DNA from: Caecitellus pseudoparvulus
Lineage: Eukaryota > Protista > Bigyra: Bicosoecida
Assembly (NCBI GenBank): GCA_965644315.1
Contig: CBFFRQ010000008.1
Span: forward strand, 1-64,000
Reading direction: 5' to 3'
Length of the DNA stretch: 64,000 nt
The position numbers and the translations under genes are program-made. Position 1 is the stretch's first letter, and each line of letters starts with the position of its first letter. Below are positions 33,688 to 45,800 of this stretch, one piece after another. The notes below the pieces were generated by a model that was not told where the DNA came from, ran no database searches, and worked only from the letters and a program-made list of their open reading frames with translations.

Positions 33688-35248
33688 TCAGTACTCGTCT
33701 TCATCGCCGAATTCAAGCTCCCCCTCACTCGCTTCCCCAGAGCCTCCTGCAGTGCCGCCAGCCCGCGTTTTGCCCGCCCTGGCCAGGTTTGCAGCCATGC
33801 TGTGCTGCATGAGGCGGTGGCCCAGCACGCCCACACGGGTGTCCATGCCCACCATTTCCGACCTCAGCTTGGCCAGGGCGGCCTTGATGCGCACGAGGGG
33901 TGATGTGTCCGTGATGCTCTCGCCGCGGTCTTCCAGCTGCCCCTCCAGCTCCTCCAACTCCTCAGTCACGTCCGCCAGCGCCATGGTGAGGCGGGACACC
34001 TCCTCCTCTGCAGCCTTGGCTTTCTCGCTGGCCGCGTCGTGGGCGTCTTGCACCGTCTTGTACTCCGCGTTCAGGTCGCGGAAGGTGGAGTTGATGAAAC
34101 GCTCCTTGCTGGACACACGCTCCACCATGCTGCCCACCTCCGCGCCGATGCGCTCCAGGCTGCTGTGTGTGTCTGGAAACACCTGCCCCAACACACTCTG
34201 GTGCTTGCGTGTGGCATCCAGGTGTGTGCGCCACTCCCGTCCGCCCATGTGTGGCTTCACGCGAAGTTTTGGCGCCACGCGCTCCACCTCTGCGCGCCAC
34301 TTGGCAGGCGCCACCCGTGCCTTCATGACCACCCGTGCCTCGGCATCCACCGAGTCGTCCAGCTTGCTCTCACCGCCCCCCAGGGCGCCCCCCCTGTTCG
34401 CCACTTCCGAGTACAGCACCTCTTCCTCCTCCACCGCCCCGTCCACCTCGTCCACAATGCCGTCATCCCCAGGCACAGCCACCTCTGCATCTGCGTCCGC
34501 CTCCACCTCCTCCACGCCAGATTCCAACGCATACTCTGCCCGCCGGAAGACGAACTGCCTCGCCTTCAACGCAGCCTCGCACAAGAAGTGCAGAGTGAGG
34601 CAGGCAGGTTCGCCGTGGGCCGCGCGGAGGGCTGTAGCAGGGAACCCCGCTTCGTAGCCCATGCTGTTCATCTCCAAGTGGATGGTTTGTGCACTGCCGG
34701 GGGGAGGGGTGCAGCGTGGAGTGCAGTGCCTGCGGCGCTGGCTCGCCAGCGCCAGCACACGCACGTAGTGTTGGGATCATCATACTCGCTGATGCCTGGG
34801 TTGCGGCCAGACAGCTCAAATAGCCAGGAACACAGACCGATAAACTGCTGCAGCTGCAGCCTGCGCATCGGCGAGAAGGGGGGCGGTGCGCCGGCAGCCG
34901 GGCGAGCAGCGTTTCTCACCGTTACGCTGCGCCGTTGCCGGGCTTCGTGCGGGGCAAGGCAGGCTCAGACGCACCCTGGATTGCTCGCTGCCGTAGCAAA
35001 CGATCCCGCGTTGAATGGAGCCACGTCACGCGCTTCGCAGTAGTCTGCTTCGTAGTTCAGGATGCTCAGCATGCCCAGGACGTTTGTCATGAGGCCCAGG
35101 CTCTGATCCTGCGACAGGGCATGGTGCCGCACACAGTGCGGTGCTGCACCCGCACTTGCGGCACTGCCTCGCTCGCATCGCTGACACTACGCACCGCTGG
35201 GGCGGCCGCCCGGCGGGCTTGGCCTGCGCCTTCCTCGGCATCGGCCAT
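33688..35248 (-). CDS. IFT57: Intraflagellar transport protein 57 (spliced)
   Basis: EYDDPNTT, WRAEVERVAPKL, EWRTHL, SKERFINS and ITDTSPLVRIKAAL..L..EM motifs. ATG at 35248; several introns. Confidence 0.85.
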
Positions 35249-35713
35249 GGCGTTGGCGTTTCACTTGCGAAACGCCCACTGGCCGCCCAACACCCTTTGC
35301 GCACAGCACGGAGAAGGCCGGGACTATGTGACTTCAAAAGCTGTAGCATATGTGTTGTGCATCAGCACCATAGTGCATGAAGTTCGATTTATTGTGACTC
35401 GTTCCTCCCTGCTTGTGTCGACAATCGTGGGCTGCAATGCTTCGAGGAGGCGCGAGCTTGCCCGTGTTGAGGCAACGCAAGGAACTGCACGTCAACCCGG
35501 CCTGCCACATGCCAGGCACATGCAGTGACATGCGAGATGCTTCCTTGCCTTGCGGGTCCTGCCCTTGATTGAAGGCGTTCTGGTCAGAAGCAGTTGCAAT
35601 TGCCGCACTCCGCAGCACTGTGCACAAAACCCAACCCAAACCCATTCCCACCAACCCGCACTACGGCTCTTTCAAACCAACACACCACACGCACACATAC
35701 AACACACACAGTC

Positions 35714-36601
35714 ATGGCACTGCTCGCTCGCACAGCCCGCAGGGCCTTGCCCGTGGTGGCAGCAGCTGCTCCCGCTGGATCAAGTGGTGCGCGCTCACTT
35801 GCGCGGCCTGGCGGTGCTCTGCTCGCCAGCGCATGTGCTGCAGCAGCAGTGGCTTGGCCTGTGCGTGCCATGGGCAGCGTGCCCTCTGGCGCGGACGAGA
35901 TGGACTTGCTGGACCCCGTGCAGTACGGCACGCCAGAGCGAGGCGATGGCACTGGAATGTGCGTCGAAGCAGTGCTGCTGCCGGCACGGAAGACTGCCCC
36001 TGTACAAGACGCTCTGCTCACGGCACAGGTGGAAGATCGTCACTGACGGGACACTGGATGACAATAGTCCCTACTGCTACATGATGATGGCGCACTACTT
36101 CAAGGACACGTGCATTGGTGCGTTCCGCGGTGCTGGCCACAACACGCCAAACGGGCGCTGCACGCTGCGCCCCTGCCCTGCACAGTGGCCAAGGACAAGG
36201 CGACAGGGAACATGCTGGGCTTCATCATTGGCTTCCGCCCCCCCAAGGACCAGGAATCGCTGTTCATTTGGCAGATGGGCACGGCAGAGGCTGCGCGCGG
36301 GAAGGGCGTGGCGAGCCGCCTGCTGCTGGAGCTGGCCGCCGCCAACTCCGACATCTCGTACATCAAGGCCACCGTGACGCCCACCAACGAGGCCAGCATG
36401 AACACATTCAAGAGCCTGGCCGCCAAGTTGAATTGCAACCTCAACGTCAACCGCAACTTGTTCCGGGTCACAGACTTCCCTGTCGACAGCGGGCACATGG
36501 CGGAGGACGAGGTGGTGGTGGGGCCCATCAAGCGCGCCCGTCTGCAGCACGCTGCCGCCCTGCTGCAGGAGAAGCAGGTGGCGGCGGCCAAGTCAGCCTG
36601 A
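35714..36601 (+). CDS. ectA: L-2,4-diaminobutyrate acetyltransferase with N-terminal presequence
   Basis: Introns 35959-36028 and 36118-36185 restore GDGTGMWKIV..LDDNSPYCY..FKDTCIVA..GF..P..LFIWQ..ARGKG..TVTPTNEAS..F. Confidence 0.9.
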
Positions 36602-36632
36602 GCTGCACCCTTCATGAATGCACACGCCCCCC

Positions 36633-39181
36633 TCACCAGTTCACTCGGGCAGTCCCCTCAGCGTCGGCACCGCCCAGGGGCATAGCGCTGGGAACGGACT
36701 GCAGCTCACTGGGCAGGGCCGACAGCGTGGAGCGATTGGCGTCCCCTGCCGGGCGTGCCCCCACTGGTGCAGAGTCCCCCGACGCCTGCCCAGCTGGAGC
36801 GGGCGCCGGCGTCACCTTGCCCTTCTGCCCCATCATGGCCGACAGCGAGTCACCCAGGGTGCTGCTAGGCTGGCCGTGCTTGCCGGCGTACTCGTCGCGC
36901 TCGGCGCATCCCGTCACGGACGCCGACACGTGCCGCATGATCTCCGCCTCGCCCCGCCCCACGCCGGGGTCCACTGGCCCGCCGAGACTGCGCTCCACTG
37001 GCTGCGGCGCCTGGTGGTCCACCCGCCGTGACGCCGCCACGAGAGAGGCAGCAGCCATGGCCTGTGTGTTCAGCGGCCGCTGCGCCGGCGTCGTGGCCGT
37101 GGACCAGCTGGGCAGGTGGCCAGCCGGCTGGGACAGGTGCCCCGCTGGCAGGGCTGGGGCAGCGGCGCCGGCGGGTTCAGTCTGGGCGGCGTAGTACCGC
37201 GCTGCACCCGCTGCAGCGGCCATGTCTGTCACAGGGCGCGCCACTTGGGCGGGGCCTGCCTGGTGCACGCCCCCCCCTCGCCCTGGCACGGCACTGGACG
37301 TGCGTGGGGCAGGCATGGACAGTGCGGCTGGGGCGGGGGCGGTGGAGGGCATGGTGGCGTGGGCGGCAGAGGTGCCGCCACGGTCGCCCGCTGCGACCAG
37401 CACCGAGGCAGAGTCCCCCACAGGTACGTGACCCACTGAGGAGGGGGGGTGCGCAGCCCCCCCTGCAGCCCCCCCCCTGCCGCCGTGCGCCGCCACCCCA
37501 GCACTGGGCGCATGGCCCATGATGTGCGAGCCAGTACCTGCCGAGGGCGCGCTGCCACTGCTGCCCCGTCGACTGCCCATCATGAGCCCTGCCACGCGCA
37601 TGGCCTGGTCCACGGCACTGGAGACGATGGAGGAGGAGGGGGGGATGTTGGCCGCCCGCGCCACCGCCTCCGCCGCCGTCGCGGCAGCTGCCCGCAACGC
37701 TGCATCCTCCATGGCACTGATGGAGCTCTCCCCGGCGCCAGTGGGGGGCGTGTCGTCCCCCACCGTAGACACGTGTGGCAGCGCACGGGGCGTGGGCACG
37801 GGCGTCGGCACGGCAGTAGTGGTGTTGCCAGCTGACGCGGCCAGCATCTCATGTGTCTGCGCCACGGCCGCCGTCAGCTGCTGCATCTGCCGCTGCAGGG
37901 CGTCAATGGAGGTGGACGGCGGCAGGCTGCTGGGCCCTGCGCTGCCACTGCCCGTCTGGCTCGCACGGCCGGGCGGCGGGGGCCCGTCACTGCCTGGTTG
38001 GCTGGCGGCGGACCGAGGCAGGGCGCCAGCGCCCCCCGGTGTGTGGGAGCCGATGCTGGCGAGGGTCTCGGCGATGGCGTGCTCTTCCTGGCGCGCAGAG
38101 GCGTCCTGGGGGGCGGGCCGTGTGGTCCGGCGAGTGCGTGTGAGGGGGATGCCAGCCGGGCCTACGTCTGGGCCGGAGGTGGTGTGGGTGTGACCCGAAG
38201 GCGTGCCGGAGACTTCGAAACGCCCCCCGCGCCCACCACGGTGGCCCTTGCCTAGCCCTGCCACCGGCACACCAGGTGCAGAGCCGACCAGGGAGTCATG
38301 CAGCATGAAGTCACCACCGACGCCGCCGCCGACGCCAGACACCTGGCTGACAGAGGCAGGGCCGGCTCCAGGCAAGCCAGTGGCAGCTTCAGGCACGGGC
38401 GGCATGGGGACGCCTGTTGTCGCGACAGGGCCTGGCGCTGGCAGTGCGGTGCCGGGTGCTGGGCGTTTGGTGGGGGGCGGCTCTGCAGGTTGTGCAGTTT
38501 GAGCTTCACGTTTCACACCTCCCACCTGGTGAGGGACGGGCGTCTCTGTCTCCTCCTGGGCACCCTCGGCGAGGGGCGTGGGCGGCCTGTCCCCTCCGAT
38601 TTCTGCGCAGGCAAGCGAGTGGTCGGCGTGTGCGCTGGGGCTTCAACAGGAACGCTCCGCGCCAGTGCTGAGAAAACGCACTTTCGGCGATGGCGTTGGC
38701 TGTCTTGTTGGTTTTTCGCACGACCAGGCTGAGCGTGTCCCGGCGCCCCCGCACGAAGAAGCGGTGCGTGTAGCACGCTGTGCGTCGAGACCTGTTCAGG
38801 ACGCCAGCGGCCTCGCTGTCCGCAGCCGAGAGCTTGGAGAAGGCTGTGAGAAGGGCGTGCAGGGGTTGCGGAATTTGCCGAGCCAAACCTTGGCACCAGT
38901 GCTCACCGTAGAAGGACAGCTGCCGTGCAAAGCTGGCAAAGTTGTTGTGCGCGAAGTATGTAGGCAGGACCTTGTCGGCCAGGGCCTTGGTGTCCTGCGG
39001 GGCGGAGCAAGCGCCAGCTGCGCCAGTGCCGAGGCACGCCGCTGCACCAACACCGAGCACGCACACGAATGGCGAAGCTGCGGCCATCCTGCGTCCACGA
39101 GATGAGGCCCAAGGGTTCACTGGACACCATGTCGTACAGGCTCTGCACGAAGGCAGCCACCGTCAGCTGCGCGGCACTCAT
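36633..39181 (-). CDS. HSF-type DNA-binding-domain transcription factor (spliced; low-complexity C-terminus)
   Basis: FVQSLYDMV..ISWTQDGRSFAI / VLPTYFAHNNFASFARQLSFY / YTHRFFVRGRRDTLSLVVRK, spread over exons. Confidence 0.87.
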
Positions 39182-39462
39182 GGCAGGCGGCACGGCAGCA
39201 GTTTGCACAGCGCGAGGTGCAGCCCGCTGACAGGCGAGCGCTGCAGCGGCAAGCCACGCAGGCAGCGGGGCAGGCGGCTGGTGAATGGGGTGCAGGTGCG
39301 GGTGGTACACCACGCTGCATCTGCAGAGTGCGCCTGGATTGTGAGGTGATGTCTGCGCTGCGCGGCAGGTCAGCGCCGGGACGCAGGCCACGTCAGGAGA
39401 AGGCGCGGCCGTGCAAGGTGCCTGTGTCTGACACCACGCCGCCCCCACGCGCCGAGCGGGCC

Positions 39463-42198
39463 TCAACGCAGCACCACTGCATCCCCTATACCTGCAGCAA
39501 AGCGAAGAGTGCGTGCGTTTGCCTCGGCGTGCGCAGCGGCCTGCGCAACAGTGGCCAACATGACCACCCGAGTGCCAGGCATGCCCAGCACCGGCCGCAA
39601 GCAGCGTGTCAGAGCGCTATCACGGAACGGCAGCACGCGGCGGCCTCCGCTGCGCAGCGCAGAGCTGGCACTGGCCATGCCATGCAACACCTTGCCCAGC
39701 GCAGTCAATCCCTTGCTCACGGCGCCTGCTTCGGCCAGGCGTTTGGAGTCCCGCGCCGTTCCTGCTTGCAAAGCCCGCTCAGCGCCCGCCAAGTCACAGA
39801 ACAGCACCAAACCGTCATGCACGGGCGGCGTGGTGCCGTCTGCTCCTGGGAGGGAGACGCCTTGCAGCACCAAGGCTATGCACAGGTGAGAGCGGGAGGA
39901 GGTGGTGTTACATCGCGTGGCCGCCGTGTGGCGCCGGGCCACGCCAGCGCTCAACACCTGCAGCGCCTCCGCCACACTGCCCACAGCGGTGCACTGCACA
40001 CACGGAGGAACAGCAGTGTTTTGGGCAGCTGCGCCTGCTTTTTCCTTCCTCGGCGCTGCCTGTGTGCCGCTCAAGTCCACCACGCGCTCGTGGGCCACCT
40101 CCCACACCGCAACCTTGCACCGTACGCCTGACAAGTACGTGTTGTTCACCCACGCAGGAGAGAAGGGGGCCCCCGCGTCGGCGTCGTAGGATGTGTCAGG
40201 GGAAGCATCGGCGTCTCCCCCCCGCAGCACCCGGCCACACCGCCTCCACAGCATTTCGAACACTTGGTACAGGGCCCGAGGCACAATGCCCGCATCGGCA
40301 CCTGCGCCCCCCCACAACGTGTGGCTCTTACCGCTGCCTGTTGCCCCCCACGCAAAGACGGCCAGGCGCTTGGGTGCGAGGGATGGCACGTCCAGTCCTG
40401 CAGCTCCCGCTGAGGTGAAGGCAGCAGGGGGGGCGGGCACCGCCGCTTGCACTGCGCCTCGCAGCTCGTCGAACACTTCCTCCTGCCGGGAGCCTTCGTC
40501 AAAGACCCGGTCAAAGGCAAGTTGCCGGGTCCCAGAGGTGCCTTTCTGGGCACCCTTGTACAGCCCCTTGCGCCCCAGCACCTCCTCGTACGACGGCCTA
40601 GGCGCTGCCAAACTCACGACGGTTCGCGAGCCGTCGGGTGTAACGTCTCCCACCCGCACCGCGCTGCCCGCTGTCGCCCCAGCCTCGTCTTCCAGGGCAG
40701 GCCGAATGCGGCACAGGACGCGAATGGTGCCCCGCACATCACACAGCCAGTCCCGCATGCGGCGGGCGGCTTCCTGCTGTGCCGAAGCAGCGCCTTCCGC
40801 AGCTCGCAGGCGGCGAGCGGCTTCGGCTGACACGGCCTTCGCGCTGGCTGCCGCGCCGGCCGATGACGACGCAGCAGCTCGCAGGGAAGTCACTTCACTC
40901 TGCAGCGCGGCCACTTCCTGGCTGCGCTGCTTGGCGACGTGGGCGAGGGATGCAACGCTGGGGTTGATTGCGCCGGCCACACGGGACAGCATGCCGGCGA
41001 GAACGCCCATTGTGTGCCGCGCATCGCGCTGCAGCTGAGTGTGCTGGCGGCGCACACGTTGCACGTGCCGTGCCACGCCTCGGGCAGCTGGTGCCAGGTC
41101 TATGCGGCGCTCAGCAACGGGCGATGTGCCGGCGACGGGGGCAGCCCCCGCGCTGACGTACGGGGCAGCGGCGCTGGGCACACCCGCCCCTTCCTGTGCC
41201 TGAGCAGGGTGTGTAGTTGTGAAGGGGGCGTCAAGCTGGCAAGCCGGTTTATCGAGAACAGTTGTTCCTTGGTGCTGCGGGAGGGGGTTGGCGGGGACAG
41301 CCCTGCCCCGCGGCCCCCGAGGCGGTGATGCCGGCACGGGCACGCTCTCTCGCACGGCAGGCGACAGGGCACGGCCACTGGGCGTCTTGCTTGCGTGCGT
41401 CCCCCGCCGCACGTCCTTGGCCAGCCCCTGCCGCAGTGCAGCTTGAAGCCGCTTCTGCGGGCTGCTGCGTTTGGGCCGTGGCGCGGAGCTCCCAGCTCCA
41501 GCTTTCCTCTGACGCTGTGCAGCGGGCTGGGCTGCCGGGGGGGCTTTGCGCACGAGGAACGAGACATCGGGGCGACGAGGCAGAGAGTGTGCTTTGGTGC
41601 CGGTGCCGCCGGTGATGAACGGCCGCTTCGGCCGGGGTTCAGCCAGGCGGCGAGGCAGCTTGGACGCCCTCGCTGCCGGCGGTGAGTCGCGTGGGGCAGG
41701 CTCCACCCCCCTGGAATCGGCCGTAGCTGAGCCCCCTGACGCACGCACGGGGTCGGTAAAACTGGAGGGTGTGTGGGGTTGTGACGACTCGCCTGCAGCT
41801 TCGCTGCTCCGCTCCAACTGGGCCAGGGGCTCGTGGGCGTTACCCTGACGTTTCGGCTGCATAGGAAGCCCCTCGGCCTCGCCCAATTGCAAGCCCTGCA
41901 CAGCTGGCTGGTCGTGTCCCGGCACGACAAAGCGCTCATCCAGCTCTTTCAATACTTGCTCGGCATACTCAAACGTGCTCTGCCGGTGAGAGGCAGCGAG
42001 GAGGCCCTCGGAGGGGGATGCACTGGCTGCTGCCGTTGTGGGTGGAATGTCCAGCGGGCTTGCCGAATCCTCGCGCTCCAGCTCGGGAAGACCAGGGGAA
42101 GCAAATGCAGACAGCAGTCGTGCAGTAGAAGGTGCCATGGAGGTGCCCTCCGGCGGCCCTGCGCGCTCTGCAGTTGGAAAGAGGTCGAACTCGTCCAT
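39463..42198 (-). CDS. Kinesin-14-type protein (C-terminal motor)
   Basis: RGTIRVLCRIRP, FDRVF, GATGSGKS, NTTSSRSH, DLAGAER and PFRDSALT motifs. Confidence 0.92.
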   Translation of the reverse strand: MDEFDLFPTAERAGPPEGTSMAPSTARLLSAFASPGLPELEREDSASPLDIPPTTAAASASPSEGLLAASHRQSTFEYAEQVLKELDERFVVPGHDQPAVQGLQLGEAEGLPMQPKRQGNAHEPLAQLERSSEAAGESSQPHTPSSFTDPVRASGGSATADSRGVEPAPRDSPPAARASKLPRRLAEPRPKRPFITGGTGTKAHSLPRRPDVSFLVRKAPPAAQPAAQRQRKAGAGSSAPRPKRSSPQKRLQAALRQGLAKDVRRGTHASKTPSGRALSPAVRESVPVPASPPRGPRGRAVPANPLPQHQGTTVLDKPACQLDAPFTTTHPAQAQEGAGVPSAAAPYVSAGAAPVAGTSPVAERRIDLAPAARGVARHVQRVRRQHTQLQRDARHTMGVLAGMLSRVAGAINPSVASLAHVAKQRSQEVAALQSEVTSLRAAASSSAGAAASAKAVSAEAARRLRAAEGAASAQQEAARRMRDWLCDVRGTIRVLCRIRPALEDEAGATAGSAVRVGDVTPDGSRTVVSLAAPRPSYEEVLGRKGLYKGAQKGTSGTRQLAFDRVFDEGSRQEEVFDELRGAVQAAVPAPPAAFTSAGAAGLDVPSLAPKRLAVFAWGATGSGKSHTLWGGAGADAGIVPRALYQVFEMLWRRCGRVLRGGDADASPDTSYDADAGAPFSPAWVNNTYLSGVRCKVAVWEVAHERVVDLSGTQAAPRKEKAGAAAQNTAVPPCVQCTAVGSVAEALQVLSAGVARRHTAATRCNTTSSRSHLCIALVLQGVSLPGADGTTPPVHDGLVLFCDLAGAERALQAGTARDSKRLAEAGAVSKGLTALGKVLHGMASASSALRSGGRRVLPFRDSALTRCLRPVLGMPGTRVVMLATVAQAAAHAEANARTLRFAAGIGDAVVLR

Positions 42199-42466
42199 GC
42201 TGCCCAACTTCACTGGCTCTGCCCGGGCCTGCGCAACAACACAAGCGATACAGGCAGCAACTGGCTGTTTGGAGAGTCCCCTGAGCAACCGTCGTGCAAA
42301 CTTTGACACCCCGGCACATCCTTATTTTGGTCAAACTCGCGCAGCTTGGCAGGTGCCAGCCACGCGGGCACAGCCCCAAACCCACAACCCCCCACAGCGT
42401 GCGACACGGCCTTGGCAAGTACCAGTGCATCCCTAACCTACCGCTCTGCATTTCACCAACCTGCGC

Positions 42467-43170
42467 TCACCTGATGAGCAGCTCTGCGATCTGGACGGCA
42501 TTGGTAGCGGCACCCTTCAGCAGCTGGTCCCCTGCCAGGAACAGGTTCAGCCCCTTGCCTTCTGGCTGGGACAAGTCCTCGCGGAGACGCCCCACCAATA
42601 CGTCATCCTGGTCGGCGGCGTGGATGGGCTCGGGGAAGGAGCCGCCCTCCCTGTCGTCCACAATCTTGACACCAGGCGCAGAGGCCAGAATCTCCCGGGC
42701 AGCGTCTGCAGTCATGGACTTGTTCAGGGTCAGGTTGATGTCCTCACAGTGAGCCCTCAAGATGGGCACGCGAATGCACGTGGCTGTGACCTGTGGGAGA
42801 GCGGGCGGAAGGCGGTGCGCAGTTCAAAGCACGGCGGCTGCAAACGGCCAGCACAGCCACACACCTTGATGGAGTCGTCGTGGAAGATCTTGCCTGTCTC
42901 CTGCACCATCTTCATCTCCTCCTCGTTGTACCCGTTGGGCGTGATGGGGGAGTCGTGCGAGAACAGGTTGAAGGCGTACTGGCGCCCCCACATGTCCATG
43001 GGCCAGGAATCCACGGCATCACCCCGTGCCCAGGCCTTGGTCTGCTCCTCCAACTCGGCCATGGCTGCCGCGCCGGCGCCAGAAGAGGCCTGGTACGTGG
43101 ACACGACGGCGCGCTGAATGCCAGCCTCCTTGTGCAAGGGCCACAGCGGCACGGCCATGATGATGGTGGA

Positions 43171-43201
<31 letters not shown>

Positions 43202-43727
43202 TGCAGGGCGTCGTCGGGGTTCACCTCCGGCACGACAAGGGGCACGTCCGGGTGCAGGCGGAAGGCAGAGGAGTTGTCAATGACCACTGCGCCGGCGTCC
43301 ACTGCGGCTGGGGCGAACTCCTTGGAACGCGCACCGCCCGCGCTGAACAGCGCAATGTCCACATCCTTGAAGCTGTCCGCGCCCAGCTCCTCCACAGTGT
43401 AGTCTGTGCCCTCGTGGGTGATGGTGCTGCCTGCTGAGCGAGCTGATGCCAGCAGCTTCAGCTGTGCGGCGGCAGGCGTGGTGAAGTGCGGAGGTTCAGG
43501 CAGCGAAGGCCGACCAGTTGGGCAGGCGCAGAGGACTGCGGCGCAGGACGCACGTTGCTGAAGGGCACGCCTCGCTGGGACAGCACACGGAGCAGATCCT
43601 GCCCCACTGCGCCTGTTGCGCCGGCGATGGCGATGGAGGGCGCTGCGGCTCCGCCTTTCCAGGCCTTGCCAGACGCAGCAGCTGTGCTGAGGGCACGTCG
43701 TGCGCTGGTGGCTGCCGCAGACATCAT
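42467..43727 (-). CDS. asd: Aspartate-semialdehyde dehydrogenase with presequence
   Basis: IAGATGAVG, DIALFSAG, IDNSSAFR, IIANPNCST, STYQASSGAG, RVPILRAH and DQLLKGAATNAVQIAE. Introns 43553-43462 and 42864-42791. Confidence 0.95.
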
Positions 43728-43860
43728 TTTGAAGGCGTGTAGCTTGAAGGGGGAGACGAGGGAGGCGGGGGGCGCTGGCTGCAAAGGTTTAGTTGGTTGA
43801 AGGTTGATTGGTATGTGCGGTGGTCAGTGCTCTGCGCGCTGTGTTCTGCCCTGGCATCAG

Positions 43861-43878
43861 AGGAAGTGTGCACTCCCT
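43861..43878. promoter_or_regulatory. Palindromic motif variant AGGAAGTGTGCACTCCCT in the asd/ectB divergent intergenic region
   Basis: Matches the motifs upstream of ectC and ask. Confidence 0.55.
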
Positions 43879-44111
43879 GTGAGCTGGAGGCCCCCCTCGA
43901 CCACGCCGGAGGCCTGCGCCAAAGCCCGACCAACTCGCCCACAAACGCCGTCCTGCGTCACTTTCAAACACCCACACGAATCTCCACACCACCCACATTG
44001 CTAACCCGAAGTTGCTGCACGCCAGCAACCCGTACAATCAAAGCATCAGCCCTCTCCCATCACGCTGCCGGCGGGGTGGAACAGTTGAGCAAACTCCGCA
44101 GCCACCACACA

Positions 44112-45751
44112 ATGTTGACTTCCGCTGTCGCCACAGCCGCGCGAAGCGTGCGCCTTTCCACAGCAGCTGCAGCTACCTCTCGAGGTGCTGCAGGCTTGGT
44201 GGCGTCCATGAGCACTAACGCCGCAAACCTCAAGGTGTGTGCGCCGTCGCCCGGCCGGGCGCCCTCCAGCCAAATTTTGCGCTGCAGGCCACCTGCACCT
44301 CGCTCACACCGCCCGCTGGATGCAGATGCCTGAGGAGCACGAATCCAACGCACGAGGCTACGTGCGCAAGTTCCCCATGTCCATCGCCAAGGCTTCAGGG
44401 GTCACCATCACAGGTGAGGCGGCCGGCTGCCCAGCACGCGCACGCACTCGCCCCGCCTCACTTCCCCTGCGCCACCCCCACAGATGTCGAGGGCAACGAG
44501 TACTTCGACTGCCTGCAGTGCGCTGGCACTCTGGCCCTGGGGCACAACCACCCCGTGGCAGTGGAGGCCGCCAAGTCCTTCCTGGACAGCGGCTCCCCCA
44601 TGCAGGTGCTGGACCTGAACTCGCCCTACAAGAACGCCTTCATGAAGGAGCTGCTGGGGCTGCTGCCTGACAACCTGACCCGCCTGCACTTCGCCTCCCC
44701 TGCCGGCACGGACTGCTTGGATGCCGCCGTGAAGCTGTGCAAGGTGGCCACTGGCCGCCGCGCCGTCGTCTCCTTCCACGGCGGCTACCACGGCATGGGG
44801 CAGAGCACCATGGCCATGATGGGCAACCTGAACACCAAGTCCAACGTGCCGGGGCTGATGGGGGACACCTACTTCCTGCCCTTCCCCTACCAGTACCGCC
44901 AGCCCTTCGGCATCAAGGACCCCGAGGAGGCTGACGCGGCTGTCATGGCGTACATCGAGACCGCCCTGCGCGATGACGAGTCGGGCATTCCCAAGCCCGC
45001 CTGCGTGGTGGTGGAGGCCATCCAGGGCGAGGGCGGCGTGCAGCCCATGTCCCCGTGGGCTATGCGCGAGCTGCGCCGCATCACCAAGGAGCAAGACATC
45101 CCCCTCGTCATCGATGAGGTGCAGGCGGGCTTCTGCCGCTCCGGCCGTGTCTTCGCCTTCCAGCACTCCGACGAGGGCCCAGAGGTGTCCGCGCCCATCG
45201 CCTCTGATGCCAAGTACGGCGGCATCAAGCCCGACGTCGTGTGCATGAGCAAGGCTGTGGGCGGCGGCATGCCCCAGGCAGTGGTGGCGTTCTCCGAGGA
45301 GCTGAACAAGTGGGCGCCCGCTGCCCACACCGGCACTTTCCGCGGGAACCAGATCTCCTTCGCCACCGGCACAGCCACCCTGCAGTACATGCAGGAGCAC
45401 AAGCTGTGGGAGAAGGCGGAGCGCCAGGGCGAGTGGCTGCAGAAGCGCTTGAACGAGCTGGCAGAGGAGACCGGCATCATCGGCGACGTGCGTGGGCGTG
45501 GGCTCATGGTGGGCGCAGAGTTGGTGCGCAAGGATGCGACGGACCACAACGGCGTGCCCATGCCAGACGGCGAGGCGGCCGCGGCGGTGCAGGCACACGC
45601 CTTCAAGGAGAAGAAGCTGATCATCGAGAAGGGCGGCCGCCACGGCGGCGTGCTGCGTTTCCTGCCCCCCCTCACCGTCACTGACGAGGAGTTGGAGCGC
45701 TGCGTGGACATGTTCAGCGACAGCGTCCGAGCAGTGGCTGCCTCTAGGTAA
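44112..45751 (+). CDS. ectB: Diaminobutyrate--2-oxoglutarate aminotransferase (class III PLP; EctB function inferred) with presequence
   Basis: Introns 44235-44325 and 44414-44483. ESNARGYVRKFP, AGTLALGHNHP, EAIQGEGG, IDEVQAG, SKAVGGG (PLP Lys) and HTGTFRGNQ motifs. Confidence 0.9.
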
Positions 45752-45800
45752 ATGCATGTTCAACAGGGAGGCAAGCAGACTAGCGCATGCATTGGGGGGC

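Noticed and set aside
42431-42441. Interstitial telomeric seed CCCTAACCTA
   Set aside because: A single degenerate unit, compatible with chance.
44408-45763. Long antisense ORFs over ectB (and similar ones over the A2M, helicase and IFT57)
   Set aside because: Shadow ORFs expected from high GC3 codon bias, with no recognisable motifs.
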